DNA of 64,000 nt from Candidatus Latescibacterota bacterium (GTDB taxonomy: Bacteria > Latescibacterota > UBA2968 > GCA-2709665). A model generated the notes under the pieces. That model searched no databases. It saw only the letters and a program-made list of their open reading frames with translations, and was not told where the DNA came from. Of the stretch, positions 28,665-38,087 are shown in pieces. The translations under genes were made by a program, and so were the position numbers. The DNA lies in contig OZ241917.1 of the NCBI GenBank assembly GCA_965203805.1, positions 3,968,001 through 4,032,000 on the forward strand, written 5' to 3'. Positions within the stretch are counted from its first letter, which is position 1. Each line of letters opens with the position of its first letter.

Positions 28665-30257
28665 ATGGCATATACACGACATGCCCCGATAGCCATTCCG
28701 TTAAGTATCTGTCTCTGCACTTTTTTTCCTATTGCCTTCGGGTGGATTGTCGGCCCTGTGGCGTCTGAAGGGAAACCCCCGGCCGTCCCGTTCGACGGGC
28801 CGACAAGCACTGATTGGTACGCAGTTTTCGTAAAGTGGGATCAAGCGTACGGGGACAATTATCTGGACGGACGCGACGGGGGATCGTTCGCCTGGGGTCC
28901 TTCGGCCTACGTACAGAGGATGTACCTGAATCTCTTTCGGGCATTCAATGAGAGGGTCTGGCTGGACAAGCTGGCAGGGCAGATCGACCGCATTCTGGCG
29001 TCCGGGTCGGACGTGCCGCCGTACGAAGTCTACGATCCTCGATACGCGGACGGTTACCGGGGCTGGGGACAGAACCGCTACCGCCAGTACAAGCCCGAAT
29101 ATACCGAATGGCTCTCTGACGACGGGTTGATCGTCAGCCCCATCCTGGCATTCGTGGAGCTCGTCCGGGACGATCCGTACCTGCACGCGGCCTATAAGGC
29201 CAAAGCGGATGACTACCTCCGCATTGTCGAAGCGGACGTGATCGCGAAATGGTACGCCAACTGGGCGCCGGATCGCGGGTGGACGAAAGAGGACAGCAGC
29301 CGCTACCGCGAAGACGCGGGATACCACGTGTACGAATGGTCCGGATGGAAACGCCAGCCGCTGAATATGTACCTGTCGTTTACGGATGCGCTGATAACGC
29401 TCCGTCGACTTTCAGAATCGCCTTATTACAAACCTTACAAGGAGGCGTTTGTACCGTTCTACGCTGAACAGAGCGAGCAGATGATGCGGCACTTTCGCCG
29501 CCAACTGTCGTACGATACGGAAACCGACGCCTATACGTGGAAATACGGTCCTGAAAGCCACTGGCCCGACATGATGGAGGACGTCGGGCATGCCTTTATC
29601 GACATTCAGGCGGCGCTTCAGGGGGTGCAAAGCGGGCTGAGTTTCACCCGGACAGATCTTGCGAGAATGGCCAATACGTTTGTACGCCGTGTCTGGAACG
29701 GAAGCCTGGACGAGCCGGCATTCAAATATTACATCGGCGGCCCACCGGATAAGCTCGACGCGGAACGCGGATTCAGGGGGTGGGGCTTTCTCTACCTGGC
29801 CGGGTACGACTACCGGATCTGGGAATCGATGGCCGCGTACTTCGAAGAGCAGGTTTCAATGCACGGCGCACCGTCGCATATTGCGGCAACGGCCGCGATG
29901 CTTGCCATATCCGCGCAGGCGCACGACCGATGGGCCCCCGGCGCTCCACTTCACGTCGAAATCATTCGTAGCGGACAGGACATGCGGATTTCGTGGCGCC
30001 GTCCGGAAGCCGACGCCGACGGCACCGCGCTTACCGGACTGCAAGGATATTTCGTGTACCGGGCATCGGGGCCGGAAGGACCCTTCGACGCTCTGAACGA
30101 GGTTCCCCTGGCCGCAACGCAATACGTGGATCGCGGCGCGTTATCCGGACCTTATTTCTATCGGATCACCGCCGTGGACTACCGGCGCCCTTCGAACGAG
30201 GGTCCGCCGTCCGAGGTCGTGACGACGTCGAACAGTCGTCCCTGTCCAGGGCCCTGA
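28665..30257 (+). CDS. Putative secreted protein: helical domain + C-terminal fibronectin type III domain
   Basis: Hydrophobic N-terminus; FN3 pattern PGAP..ISW..LQGYFVYRA..QYVD..YFYRITAVD..NEGPPS. Confidence 0.7.
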   Translation: MAYTRHAPIAIPLSICLCTFFPIAFGWIVGPVASEGKPPAVPFDGPTSTDWYAVFVKWDQAYGDNYLDGRDGGSFAWGPSAYVQRMYLNLFRAFNERVWLDKLAGQIDRILASGSDVPPYEVYDPRYADGYRGWGQNRYRQYKPEYTEWLSDDGLIVSPILAFVELVRDDPYLHAAYKAKADDYLRIVEADVIAKWYANWAPDRGWTKEDSSRYREDAGYHVYEWSGWKRQPLNMYLSFTDALITLRRLSESPYYKPYKEAFVPFYAEQSEQMMRHFRRQLSYDTETDAYTWKYGPESHWPDMMEDVGHAFIDIQAALQGVQSGLSFTRTDLARMANTFVRRVWNGSLDEPAFKYYIGGPPDKLDAERGFRGWGFLYLAGYDYRIWESMAAYFEEQVSMHGAPSHIAATAAMLAISAQAHDRWAPGAPLHVEIIRSGQDMRISWRRPEADADGTALTGLQGYFVYRASGPEGPFDALNEVPLAATQYVDRGALSGPYFYRITAVDYRRPSNEGPPSEVVTTSNSRPCPGP

Positions 30258-30515
30258 AACCCGTCTGCGAAACTGGCGGTCGGTCCGGGCGGGGGCCGCC
30301 GCCGACAACGATTGCGAGATCGATAAATTATCTTATATTTGCATATTCATTTCCTGTTTCGGCAATATTAATTGTGATTTCGGATAAACTCACATCGCGA
30401 ACAGCCAGTTTGCGGCACGGAAAATTCAACTCGCGGTTTACGGTTTCCAGGCTATTTGAGAAGAAACCAGCATACCTACCGTCACGGTTCGACAGCCTTC
30501 GGAGGGAGCAAGGAA

Positions 30516-31172
30516 ATGGAAAAGCGGGTGTCACCGGTGTTGAAAATGGTTCGCCACACCGTACCGGATGAGGACTTCAAGGACAAATCGGATGGGTATT
30601 CCTCAGACTATGGCGTGTCACGGTCCTTGACCGCGCTGCGTTGTTCTCACGATGTCACGCAGGCTGAACTTGCGGAACGGGCGGGCTGCACGCAGAGCAA
30701 GATCTCGAGAATCGAGAACAGCCCGAACGATCGGCTTAAATTGGAAGCCCTGGCGATGTACGCACGCGCTTTCAACATGCGAGTCTCCTTTGACTTCGAG
30801 CGGGAATTGCCCGCGGCGGACGCCATCGGAGGCCTGGCGCGCCAGATCCGGACCAGCCTCGACGACGTGGACGAGACGACCCGGAACGACGGGGCCGCCG
30901 AGCGGGGTGCGGAACGGACTTACGAAGAATTCCTGTTCCAAATGCTGGACCTGTTTATGGAGAAGCTGGAGGCGCTCCGGTCGCGCCGCAACGGATCCGC
31001 GGAATCAGGGGTGGCGACGAGGGCGGAAAACGGAAGGCCGAACGATACGTTAGCTCGGAGCGAAACGCCAAGCCGTGAAAGACGGCAGAACGGCACTGCA
31101 GGAATCAGGATATGCACGCCAATCGACGCAAGCGAAAAGAACGGCAGGACCGAATCCCAACCCGAGCAGTGA
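30516..31172 (+). CDS. XRE-family HTH protein
   Basis: LTALRCSHDVTQAELAERAGCTQSKISRIEN; GGAG/AAGGA RBS. Confidence 0.82.
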   Translation: MEKRVSPVLKMVRHTVPDEDFKDKSDGYSSDYGVSRSLTALRCSHDVTQAELAERAGCTQSKISRIENSPNDRLKLEALAMYARAFNMRVSFDFERELPAADAIGGLARQIRTSLDDVDETTRNDGAAERGAERTYEEFLFQMLDLFMEKLEALRSRRNGSAESGVATRAENGRPNDTLARSETPSRERRQNGTAGIRICTPIDASEKNGRTESQPEQ

Positions 31173-31188
31173 AGAAGCCGGTTTGAAG

Positions 31189-31212
31189 GTGGGGCGGACA
31201 TTCCTGTCTGCC
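31189..31212 (+). repeat. REP family A: GTGGGGC(G/A)GACATTCCTGTCTGCC hairpin
   Basis: Further copies at 34009-34032, 35253-35276, 35478-35501 and 48341-48364, and an interrupted copy at 36741-36793; all in the same orientation. Confidence 0.85.
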
Positions 31213-31273
31213 CGCTTCGCCAGGCGCCTCTCGTAGAAGACTCACGGAAAGACAGTAGAAATGGAGGAAGAAG

Positions 31274-32395
31274 ATGACAGCCCGAATCGCAATAGCATTG
31301 TTGGGGATCTCAAGCTTCTGGGCTTGCGGGAGCGACTCGGTGACGGCACCGGAGCCGCCGGCCCATGAAAGGGGTCTCCACGAGGTTGGCGCGATGACCC
31401 GGCCGCGCTTTGAGCACGCAGCGACGTTATTACAAAGTGGAAAGGTCCTGATCGCCGGGGGCAACGCGGAAATACCTCCTTCTGAACCTGGAGTACCTTT
31501 CAGGTCCAGCGGTCTTGTCAGCGCGGAGATCTTCGATCCTGAAACCGGGGTCTCAACACCAACGGGAGACCTGACCGCAAGTCGATGGGACGACCACGGC
31601 ATATTGCTTCCCGAAGGACGGGTCCTGATGATATCCAGATTTCTTAGACTCCCCATTGAGATGTACGACCCCCACTCCGGTAGATTCGATTCCGCAGCAA
31701 ACGCGCCGTGGTCAAATGGAACGAGTACTGCCACGCTGTTGCCCAACGGAGAGGTCCTTTTAATCGGAGGGTCATCCGCGGGTCGCGCACGTGTCCTCGA
31801 TCCCGCTTCAGGCACACTTTCCGACACATTCAGGATGGACCATCCCGGATATGGCCATACGGCCACTTTGCTGAAGGACGGCCGCGTGCTGATCGTTGGA
31901 GGAGCCCGCAGGGGAGTCGAGTTGACGGGACGGAATCTGATCTACGATCCCTCATCCGAAGCCTTTTCAAGAGCAGGCGACCTGCAGTTCGACCGCGCGC
32001 ACCACAAGGCGGTGCTCCTTCAGGACGGCAGGGTGCTGATCGTCGGCGGCCACGTCGGAGACGGGCCTCGCGTACAGACGGCCGAGATCTACGATCCCGA
32101 AACAGACACCTTCTCGCCCGCCGGAACTTCCGCAGTGCATCCGTTGGCCGCCCTGCTGCTGCCGTCCGGCAGGGTATTTTTCATTCATTCAGACAACGGT
32201 AATATCTCCCTTTATAATCCGGATACTCAAGTATTTTCGCCGCCTACAGGGTATAGTCTAGGTCCGTGGCGAAACGGGGCGACGGTAACGCTCCTCGATG
32301 ACGGCCGCGTGCTTATCGCCGGCGGATTGAAGACGGCGGATGACAGTCATTCTCATGAGTCGATTTCGGATAAGATTTTCATCTTCACGCCCTGA
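31274..32395 (+). CDS. Kelch-repeat lipoprotein, array copy 1
   Basis: FWA-C-GSDSVTAPE; Kelch units; ends IFIFTP. Confidence 0.9.
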   Translation: MTARIAIALLGISSFWACGSDSVTAPEPPAHERGLHEVGAMTRPRFEHAATLLQSGKVLIAGGNAEIPPSEPGVPFRSSGLVSAEIFDPETGVSTPTGDLTASRWDDHGILLPEGRVLMISRFLRLPIEMYDPHSGRFDSAANAPWSNGTSTATLLPNGEVLLIGGSSAGRARVLDPASGTLSDTFRMDHPGYGHTATLLKDGRVLIVGGARRGVELTGRNLIYDPSSEAFSRAGDLQFDRAHHKAVLLQDGRVLIVGGHVGDGPRVQTAEIYDPETDTFSPAGTSAVHPLAALLLPSGRVFFIHSDNGNISLYNPDTQVFSPPTGYSLGPWRNGATVTLLDDGRVLIAGGLKTADDSHSHESISDKIFIFTP

Positions 32396-32822
32396 GTGTA
32401 CCGTGAGGCTTGGGAAGCGTCCGCGCAAATGTGATTACTCTGTTTCAGCGTTCGCGTTGGGAGAATCGAGAAGACGGGAGATTCTTCGCTGCGCTCAGAA
32501 TGACGGGTCTTGCAATAACCATTGACGAAAAGTACCGGTCAGATCTTCGCTCCGCTCTGAATGACAGGCTGGCCGATCGTCAAATACGATGCTTCCCGCT
32601 GTCATACAGAGGAGGCCTGCGAGCGACGTCCGCGAAACGCTTCCGTCACAAGTTCGCCGAGATTGTCATCCAGAGGACGCTCCGCAGGCCGACGAAGGAT
32701 CTGCTGCAGCATGGGAAATGGCTTGAGCGTCTGACGCTCGGTTCGAACTGAAATGCAGCACAGCCGATTCCCTTCTCGTGTTGTGGGAGAATGTCAGTTC
32801 ACTCGCAGTCGTGGAGGCAAAC

Positions 32823-33962
32823 ATGATGAATGCCAGGTTCTGTTTTGCACTGTTAATCATCTCGAGGTTCTGGGCTTGCGGAGGCGATTCGGTCACGACG
32901 CCGGAGCAGCCAGCTCTTGAACGGGGTCTCCACGAGGTCGGCAATCTGAGCCAGCCCCGGTACGGGCATGCCGCGACGTTACTGAACGATGGAAAGGTCC
33001 TGATCGCGGGCGGCCTCGAAGAAATGCCTGTCGTACTCGAGGGGCCGCCTCCCCCGGATACCCCCATTCCCCAGCCGAAGCGTCTCATCAGCGCGGAAAT
33101 ATTCGACCCTGAGACCGGGATCTCAACGCCAACGGGAAACATGGCCGCCAGTCGCAGCGAGGACCACGGAATATTGCTTCCCGAAGGTCGGGTCCTGATC
33201 ATACCCGGAAATCCCAATCTCCCCATTGAGAGGTACGATGCTCATTCCGGCAGATTCAACCCTGTGGCAGTTTTGCCTGGGAGAGTTGGGATTCTGACTG
33301 CCACTTTGCTTCTCGACGGAAAGGTCTTCTTGACCAGCACGCTATACGCGGGTGTGTTCGACCCAACTACAGGCCCATTCTCCCCCCTATTCAGGATGGA
33401 ACCTTCCCGAATTGGCCACACGGCCACTTTGTTGAAGGACGGCAGGGTGTTGATCGTTGGAGGACAGAATGTTGGAGGGGACGCAGGGTTGCTGGGTCGG
33501 AATCTGATCTATGATCCCTCGACCGAAGCCCTTTCGGAAGCAGGCAACTTGCAGTTCGACCGCAGGAATCATAAGGCGGTGCTACTGGAGGACGGGAGGG
33601 TCCTGATCATAGGCGGCGGCGCCGCCGGCAGAGGGCCATTCGTGCAGACGGCAGAGATCTACGACCCGGAAGCCAATACCTTTTCACCGGCCGGCGTCTC
33701 AACGATCGATCCGAGCGCCGCCCTGCTGTTGCCGTCCGGCAACGTGTTTCTTATCCGCTCGTACAACGGCGATATCGTACTGTATGATCCCGTCACGCAC
33801 GCATTTTCCAATACAGGATACAGCATCAGCCCGCGCAGGTCTTTCGCTACGGCCACGCTCCTTGAAGACGGCCGCGTCGTCATCGCCGGCGGAATCAAGT
33901 GGACGGATGATAATCACGATTGGGAGTCGATTACGGATCAGATTTTCATTTTCACCCCGTGA
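32823..33962 (+). CDS. Kelch-repeat lipoprotein, array copy 2
   Basis: GGAGG RBS; FWA-C-GGDSVTTPE; Kelch units. Confidence 0.9.
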   Translation: MMNARFCFALLIISRFWACGGDSVTTPEQPALERGLHEVGNLSQPRYGHAATLLNDGKVLIAGGLEEMPVVLEGPPPPDTPIPQPKRLISAEIFDPETGISTPTGNMAASRSEDHGILLPEGRVLIIPGNPNLPIERYDAHSGRFNPVAVLPGRVGILTATLLLDGKVFLTSTLYAGVFDPTTGPFSPLFRMEPSRIGHTATLLKDGRVLIVGGQNVGGDAGLLGRNLIYDPSTEALSEAGNLQFDRRNHKAVLLEDGRVLIIGGGAAGRGPFVQTAEIYDPEANTFSPAGVSTIDPSAALLLPSGNVFLIRSYNGDIVLYDPVTHAFSNTGYSISPRRSFATATLLEDGRVVIAGGIKWTDDNHDWESITDQIFIFTP

Positions 33963-34093
33963 GACACACAGGAGTCACTACTGCCAATAGAAAGAAGCCG
34001 GTTTGAAGGTGGGGCGGACATTCCTGTCTGCCGCTATGCCAGCCCTGTCGGGTAGATGTCGCACCCTCAGTCCCTCGACGTGGAGTTTAGAAG

Positions 34094-35206
34094 ATGATCA
34101 CCAGAGTCTTGTTTGCGCTGTTAATCGTCCTGGCTTTCTGGGCTTGCGGGAGCGACTCAGTGACCACGCCGGAGCAGCCGGACCGTGAGAGGGGACTCCG
34201 CGAGGTCGGTACGATGAACCAGCCGCGCTATAGGCACGGCGCAACGCTACTACAAAGTGGCAAAGTCCTGATTTCCGGGGGAAACGCGGCGCTTCCTCCT
34301 GCCGGAGGCGGTGTTTTGGAGTTCGATGGTATCGTCAGCGCGGAGATTTTCGATCCTGAAACCGGTACCTCAACGCCAACGGGAGACCTGAGCGCCAGTC
34401 GCGAAGAAGAACACGGTGTGTTGCTTCCCGACGGCCGGATCCTGATCATAACCCGGATTGGCAGTTTCTCTATTGAGGTGTACGATCCACACTCCGGAAG
34501 ATTCGACGAAGTGGCTGACTTGCCCTGGAAAGTCGGGACTGAAACCGCCACCCTGTTGCCCAACGGAGATGTCTTTTTAACCAGCTTCATACGTGCCGGT
34601 GTCTTCGACCCCACCAAGGGGACGTTTTCCGCCACATTCAGGATGTATCCTACCCGGTATGGCCATACGGCGACTTTGTTGAAGGACGGCCGGGTGCTGA
34701 TCGTTGGAGGGAGTATTTTCGGAGGGGAATGGTTGCTGGGACAGAATCTTATCTATGATCCCTCGACCGAAGCGTTTTCAGATGCAGGCAACCTGCAGTT
34801 CGACCGCAGGAACCATGAGGCCGTGCTTCTTCAGGACGGCCGGGTTCTCATCGTCGGCGGTTACACCGGAAATCTTGATCGCGTACAGACGGCCGAGATC
34901 TATGACCCCGAAACCAACACCTTCTCTGCCGCCGGAACTTCCGCAATGAATCCAATGGCCACCCTTTTATTGCCGTCCGGCAGGGTATTTTTCATCCACT
35001 ATGACAACGGCAATATCTCCTTATATAACCCGGATACTCGAGTATTTTCGCCGCCTACAGGGCACAGTATAGGGCCGTGGCGATCCGGTGCGACCGTGAC
35101 GCTTCTCGATGACGGCCGCGTCATTATCGCCGGCGGATTGAAGTGGTCGGACGACGAACATTTTTGGGAGTCGATTACGGATCAGATTTTTATTTACACG
35201 CCTTGA
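34094..35206 (+). CDS. Kelch-repeat lipoprotein, array copy 3
   Basis: FWA-C-GSDSVTTPE; Kelch units. Confidence 0.9.
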   Translation: MITRVLFALLIVLAFWACGSDSVTTPEQPDRERGLREVGTMNQPRYRHGATLLQSGKVLISGGNAALPPAGGGVLEFDGIVSAEIFDPETGTSTPTGDLSASREEEHGVLLPDGRILIITRIGSFSIEVYDPHSGRFDEVADLPWKVGTETATLLPNGDVFLTSFIRAGVFDPTKGTFSATFRMYPTRYGHTATLLKDGRVLIVGGSIFGGEWLLGQNLIYDPSTEAFSDAGNLQFDRRNHEAVLLQDGRVLIVGGYTGNLDRVQTAEIYDPETNTFSAAGTSAMNPMATLLLPSGRVFFIHYDNGNISLYNPDTRVFSPPTGHSIGPWRSGATVTLLDDGRVIIAGGLKWSDDEHFWESITDQIFIYTP

Positions 35207-35537
35207 GAGGCGCCAGAATCATTACTGTCAATTGGAAGAAGGCCGTGTGAAGGTGGGGCAGACATTCCTGTCTGCCCGTATCGACAGCGTTCTGAGCGTG
35301 CCTTTATACGTGCGAAGCGTCCGCGCAAATGTGTTTACTTTGTTTCACCGTCAGGACAATCGAACAGACGGGAGATTCTTCGCTGCGCTCAGAATGACAT
35401 GCTATGCAATAGGCATCGTTGAGGTGTATTCATCATGCGTTGGCCCGGACTTTCATGCTGAGAAAGCCGGTGCAAGGGTGGGGCAGACATTCCTGTCTGC
35501 CCGCATCGCCAGCGTTCTGTCGAAAAGGAGACGCAAC

Positions 35538-36686
35538 ATGACCACCAGAATTGGACTCGCGCTATTGGTTGCCTCGAGCTTTTGGGCATGTGGAGGGGAT
35601 TCGGTGACAACGCCGGAGCAGCCGGTCCTTGAACGAGGTCTCAAAGAGGTCGGGAATATGGTCCAACCTCGGTATTGGCACACCGCGACGCTATTGCCGA
35701 ACGGCAAGGTCCTGATCGCAGGCGGCCTGGGGGAGCCACCTGCAGAAGTCCGGGACCCATCTCAGGGCGGCGCAGTCATTTATCGGGCGTCGGGTCTTCT
35801 CGCCAGCGCGGAGATATTCGATCCGCAGACCGGGACGTCAACGCCAACGGGGGACATGACCGTCAGACGATACGCAGACAGCGGAATATTGCTTCCCGAC
35901 GGTCGTGTCCTGATTATGCCTCGTGATGGTCATTTCCCGGTTGAGATCTACGATCCTGCTTCGGGCACGTTCGCCGCCGTGTCAGACGTACCGGCGGGTG
36001 CAACCGTCGAGACGGCAACTCTGCTGCCCAGTGGAGAGGTTTTTCTGACTAACCTGGACCACACGGGTGTCTTCGACCCGGACGCTCGCGCATTTCACTC
36101 CATCTTCAAGAGGGAGGAGATTCGACGGCTACATACAGCGACGCTGTTGAAGGACGGCCGTGTGCTGATCGTCGGGGGATCGCGTGGCGGACTTGAAGAC
36201 GGGCTGGTTGGACGGAACGTCATTTACGATCCGTCGTCCAGGAGAGTCTCCGAAGCCGGTAATCTGCAGGTCGACCGCATCAACCATAAGGCGGTGCTGC
36301 TTCAGGACGGCAGGGTCCTGATCGTTGGCGGCACCGCGGGTAAGGGGCCGTTCGTGCAGACGGCTGAGATGTATGACCCTGAAACCAACACGTTTTCGCC
36401 GGCCGGCGTTTCAAACATCGATCCCCTTGCCGCGGCGTTGCTGCCCTCCGGCACGGTGTTGCTCGTCCACTCCCACAACGGTGATATCGTAATGTATAAC
36501 CCCGCCACACATGCATTTTCTCCAACAGGACACAACATAGGATGGCGGTCATTGCCTACGGTCACGATGCTTGAGGACGGACGCGCCATGGTTGCAGGCG
36601 GCTGGGAAAGCGAGGGCTATTCAACGCATGGTCTTCCATCGAATATTGGGGTGATTACGGATAAGATCCTGATCTTCACGCCTTGA
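35538..36686 (+). CDS. Kelch-repeat lipoprotein, array copy 4
   Basis: AAGGAG RBS; FWA-C-GGDSVTTPE. The upstream ORF extension from 35232 only reads through repeats. Confidence 0.9.
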   Translation: MTTRIGLALLVASSFWACGGDSVTTPEQPVLERGLKEVGNMVQPRYWHTATLLPNGKVLIAGGLGEPPAEVRDPSQGGAVIYRASGLLASAEIFDPQTGTSTPTGDMTVRRYADSGILLPDGRVLIMPRDGHFPVEIYDPASGTFAAVSDVPAGATVETATLLPSGEVFLTNLDHTGVFDPDARAFHSIFKREEIRRLHTATLLKDGRVLIVGGSRGGLEDGLVGRNVIYDPSSRRVSEAGNLQVDRINHKAVLLQDGRVLIVGGTAGKGPFVQTAEMYDPETNTFSPAGVSNIDPLAAALLPSGTVLLVHSHNGDIVMYNPATHAFSPTGHNIGWRSLPTVTMLEDGRAMVAGGWESEGYSTHGLPSNIGVITDKILIFTP

Positions 36687-36746
36687 GCGCTCACGTCACA
36701 AGTACGCCCGACAGATCATGCTGAGGAAGTCGGAGTGAAGGTGGGG

Positions 36747-36779
36747 CCTGCCTGCAGCGCAGTTCGCTGCGCAGGCAGG
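36747..36779. mobile_element. 33-bp palindromic micro-element inserted in a REP-A copy
   Basis: GAAGGTGGGG|CCTGCCTGCAGCGCAGTTCGCTGCGCAGGCAGG|CGGACATTCCTGTC; the empty site GAAGGTGGGGCGGACATTCCTGTC is present at 31185 and 34005. Confidence 0.8.
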
Positions 36780-36817
36780 CGGACATTCCTGTCAAACGAA
36801 CTGAAAGGTACAGTGAA

Positions 36818-37354
36818 ATGAAACTGAGCGTCGGATGGAAATCCTGGGTGTTTATGGGCGTCGCCGTGGTTCTGGCGGGTGCTGCGCTGGGTCAGATTCT
36901 CGTCGAAGAGCCTGAGAAGGCGAACGCGCTGCCCGTGGGCCCGGCCGCGTCCGACTTCACGCTGGATGGTCTGGACGGATCGGTCGTCCGGCTGTCCGAC
37001 AATGACGGACGCGTAGTCCTGATCAATTTCTGGGCGACGTGGTGCATGCCGTGCCTGTACGAATTGCCGCATATCCAGACGTTGTACGACCGTTACCGCG
37101 AGAAGGGCCTGACCGTACTTGCCGTCAGCACGGACTTCGACCGGGCGCGCGTGGGTCCGTTCATTCAGGAATACGGCTACACCTTCCCGGTCCTGTTCGC
37201 CGATCCGGGCATCCAGGCCGACTACGCCGTCCGCAGCATTCCAACCACCTTTCTGGTTGACAGAAAGGGTCGCCTCAGGTTCATGCAAACGGGTTACGGG
37301 CCCGATACCGAAACGGAACTGAATTGGGCCCTGGCACAACTAATGGGACGGTAG
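36818..37354 (+). CDS. TlpA/ResA-family thiol-disulfide oxidoreductase
   Basis: N-terminal TM helix; VVLINFWATWCMPC; IPTTFLVDRKG. Confidence 0.92.
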   Translation: MKLSVGWKSWVFMGVAVVLAGAALGQILVEEPEKANALPVGPAASDFTLDGLDGSVVRLSDNDGRVVLINFWATWCMPCLYELPHIQTLYDRYREKGLTVLAVSTDFDRARVGPFIQEYGYTFPVLFADPGIQADYAVRSIPTTFLVDRKGRLRFMQTGYGPDTETELNWALAQLMGR

Positions 37355-37499
37355 GGGTCGCCGGGGTTGATTGCGGTCAGGGTAATCGGTACCGGATGAG
37401 GGAATTCTTATCCGGGGACAACGGGGTTGGGTGAGAGGTAGGAACCTGCTTTCGTTTCGGTTTTTCGGGGCTCGTCGGAAGCCAACCGGAGGGCGTGGT

Positions 37500-37874
37500 T
37501 CAGGTCCAGGAATGCATGGCGACCCGGTTGCCTTCGCAATCTTCGAAGTGGGCAAAGAAACCGTGTTCGCCGATACCGGTTTTTGGAATCAGCGCCTTTC
37601 CGCCGTTTGACTCGATCTTTTCCAGGATCCCGTCGATGTCGGTCACAGAAAAGTAGACCAGGGCGCCTTCGTGGGACGGTTTGTATCCTTCGGACTTGAT
37701 CAGCGTTCCGGCGGCTCCGGGTCCCTCGGTCATCGGAAACCAGGCCAACTCCGTGTCACCCATCCTGCTCGTAGCGAGTTCGAGACCCAACACGGTCTCG
37801 TAGAATCGCCGGGCCCTTTCCAGCTCGCGCACCGGGATTTCGAACCAGCCGACGGGATTCCTTTCATCCGCCAT
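37500..37874 (-). CDS. VOC/glyoxalase-family protein
   Basis: VGWFEIPV..RARRFYETVLG..ALVYF..HFEDCEGNRV; AAGGAG RBS. Confidence 0.92.
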   Translation of the reverse strand: MADERNPVGWFEIPVRELERARRFYETVLGLELATSRMGDTELAWFPMTEGPGAAGTLIKSEGYKPSHEGALVYFSVTDIDGILEKIESNGGKALIPKTGIGEHGFFAHFEDCEGNRVAMHSWT

Positions 37875-37888
37875 ACTATTCTCCTTAA

Positions 37889-38032
37889 GTCTCTTCCGCT
37901 ACCGCTCGGGTGTAAGCAGGGCGTTCCCAAGTCTCGATCGAACCCGGGTTCACAAAGAGCAAGGGTTGCGGAAGCGGCGTGCGCCCGGATTCGAGTCTCC
38001 CGAGCGGGTTCAGATAGCGGGGATGCAGAGAC
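37889..38032. other. Long intergenic fold-back structure, candidate ncRNA, leader or MITE
   Basis: Nested stems GTCTCT/AGAGAC, CCGCTA/TAGCGG, CCGCTCGGG/CCCGAGCGG and TCGAACCCGGG/CCCGGATTCGA. Confidence 0.45.
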
Positions 38033-38087
38033 CGGAGTCGCATCGCGTCGGTCGATCAACCAATCGAGGGGCGCACACCGAACGGAG

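Noticed and set aside
35232-35537. 102-aa N-terminal extension of Kelch copy 4
   Set aside because: It translates REP-A and family B repeats (VGQTFLSA, RFFAALRMT); the RBS and signal peptide begin at 35538.
31274-36686. Diversity-generating retroelement or shufflon behind the Kelch variation
   Set aside because: No reverse transcriptase, template repeat or recombinase in the window; the variation includes indels, and all copies are complete and co-oriented.
36818-37354. Selenoprotein TlpA
   Set aside because: Both CxxC residues are TGC codons and there is no in-frame TGA.
37889-38032. Naming the fold-back as SRP RNA, 6S RNA or a known riboswitch
   Set aside because: The diagnostic motifs could not be matched by eye; left as an unassigned structure.
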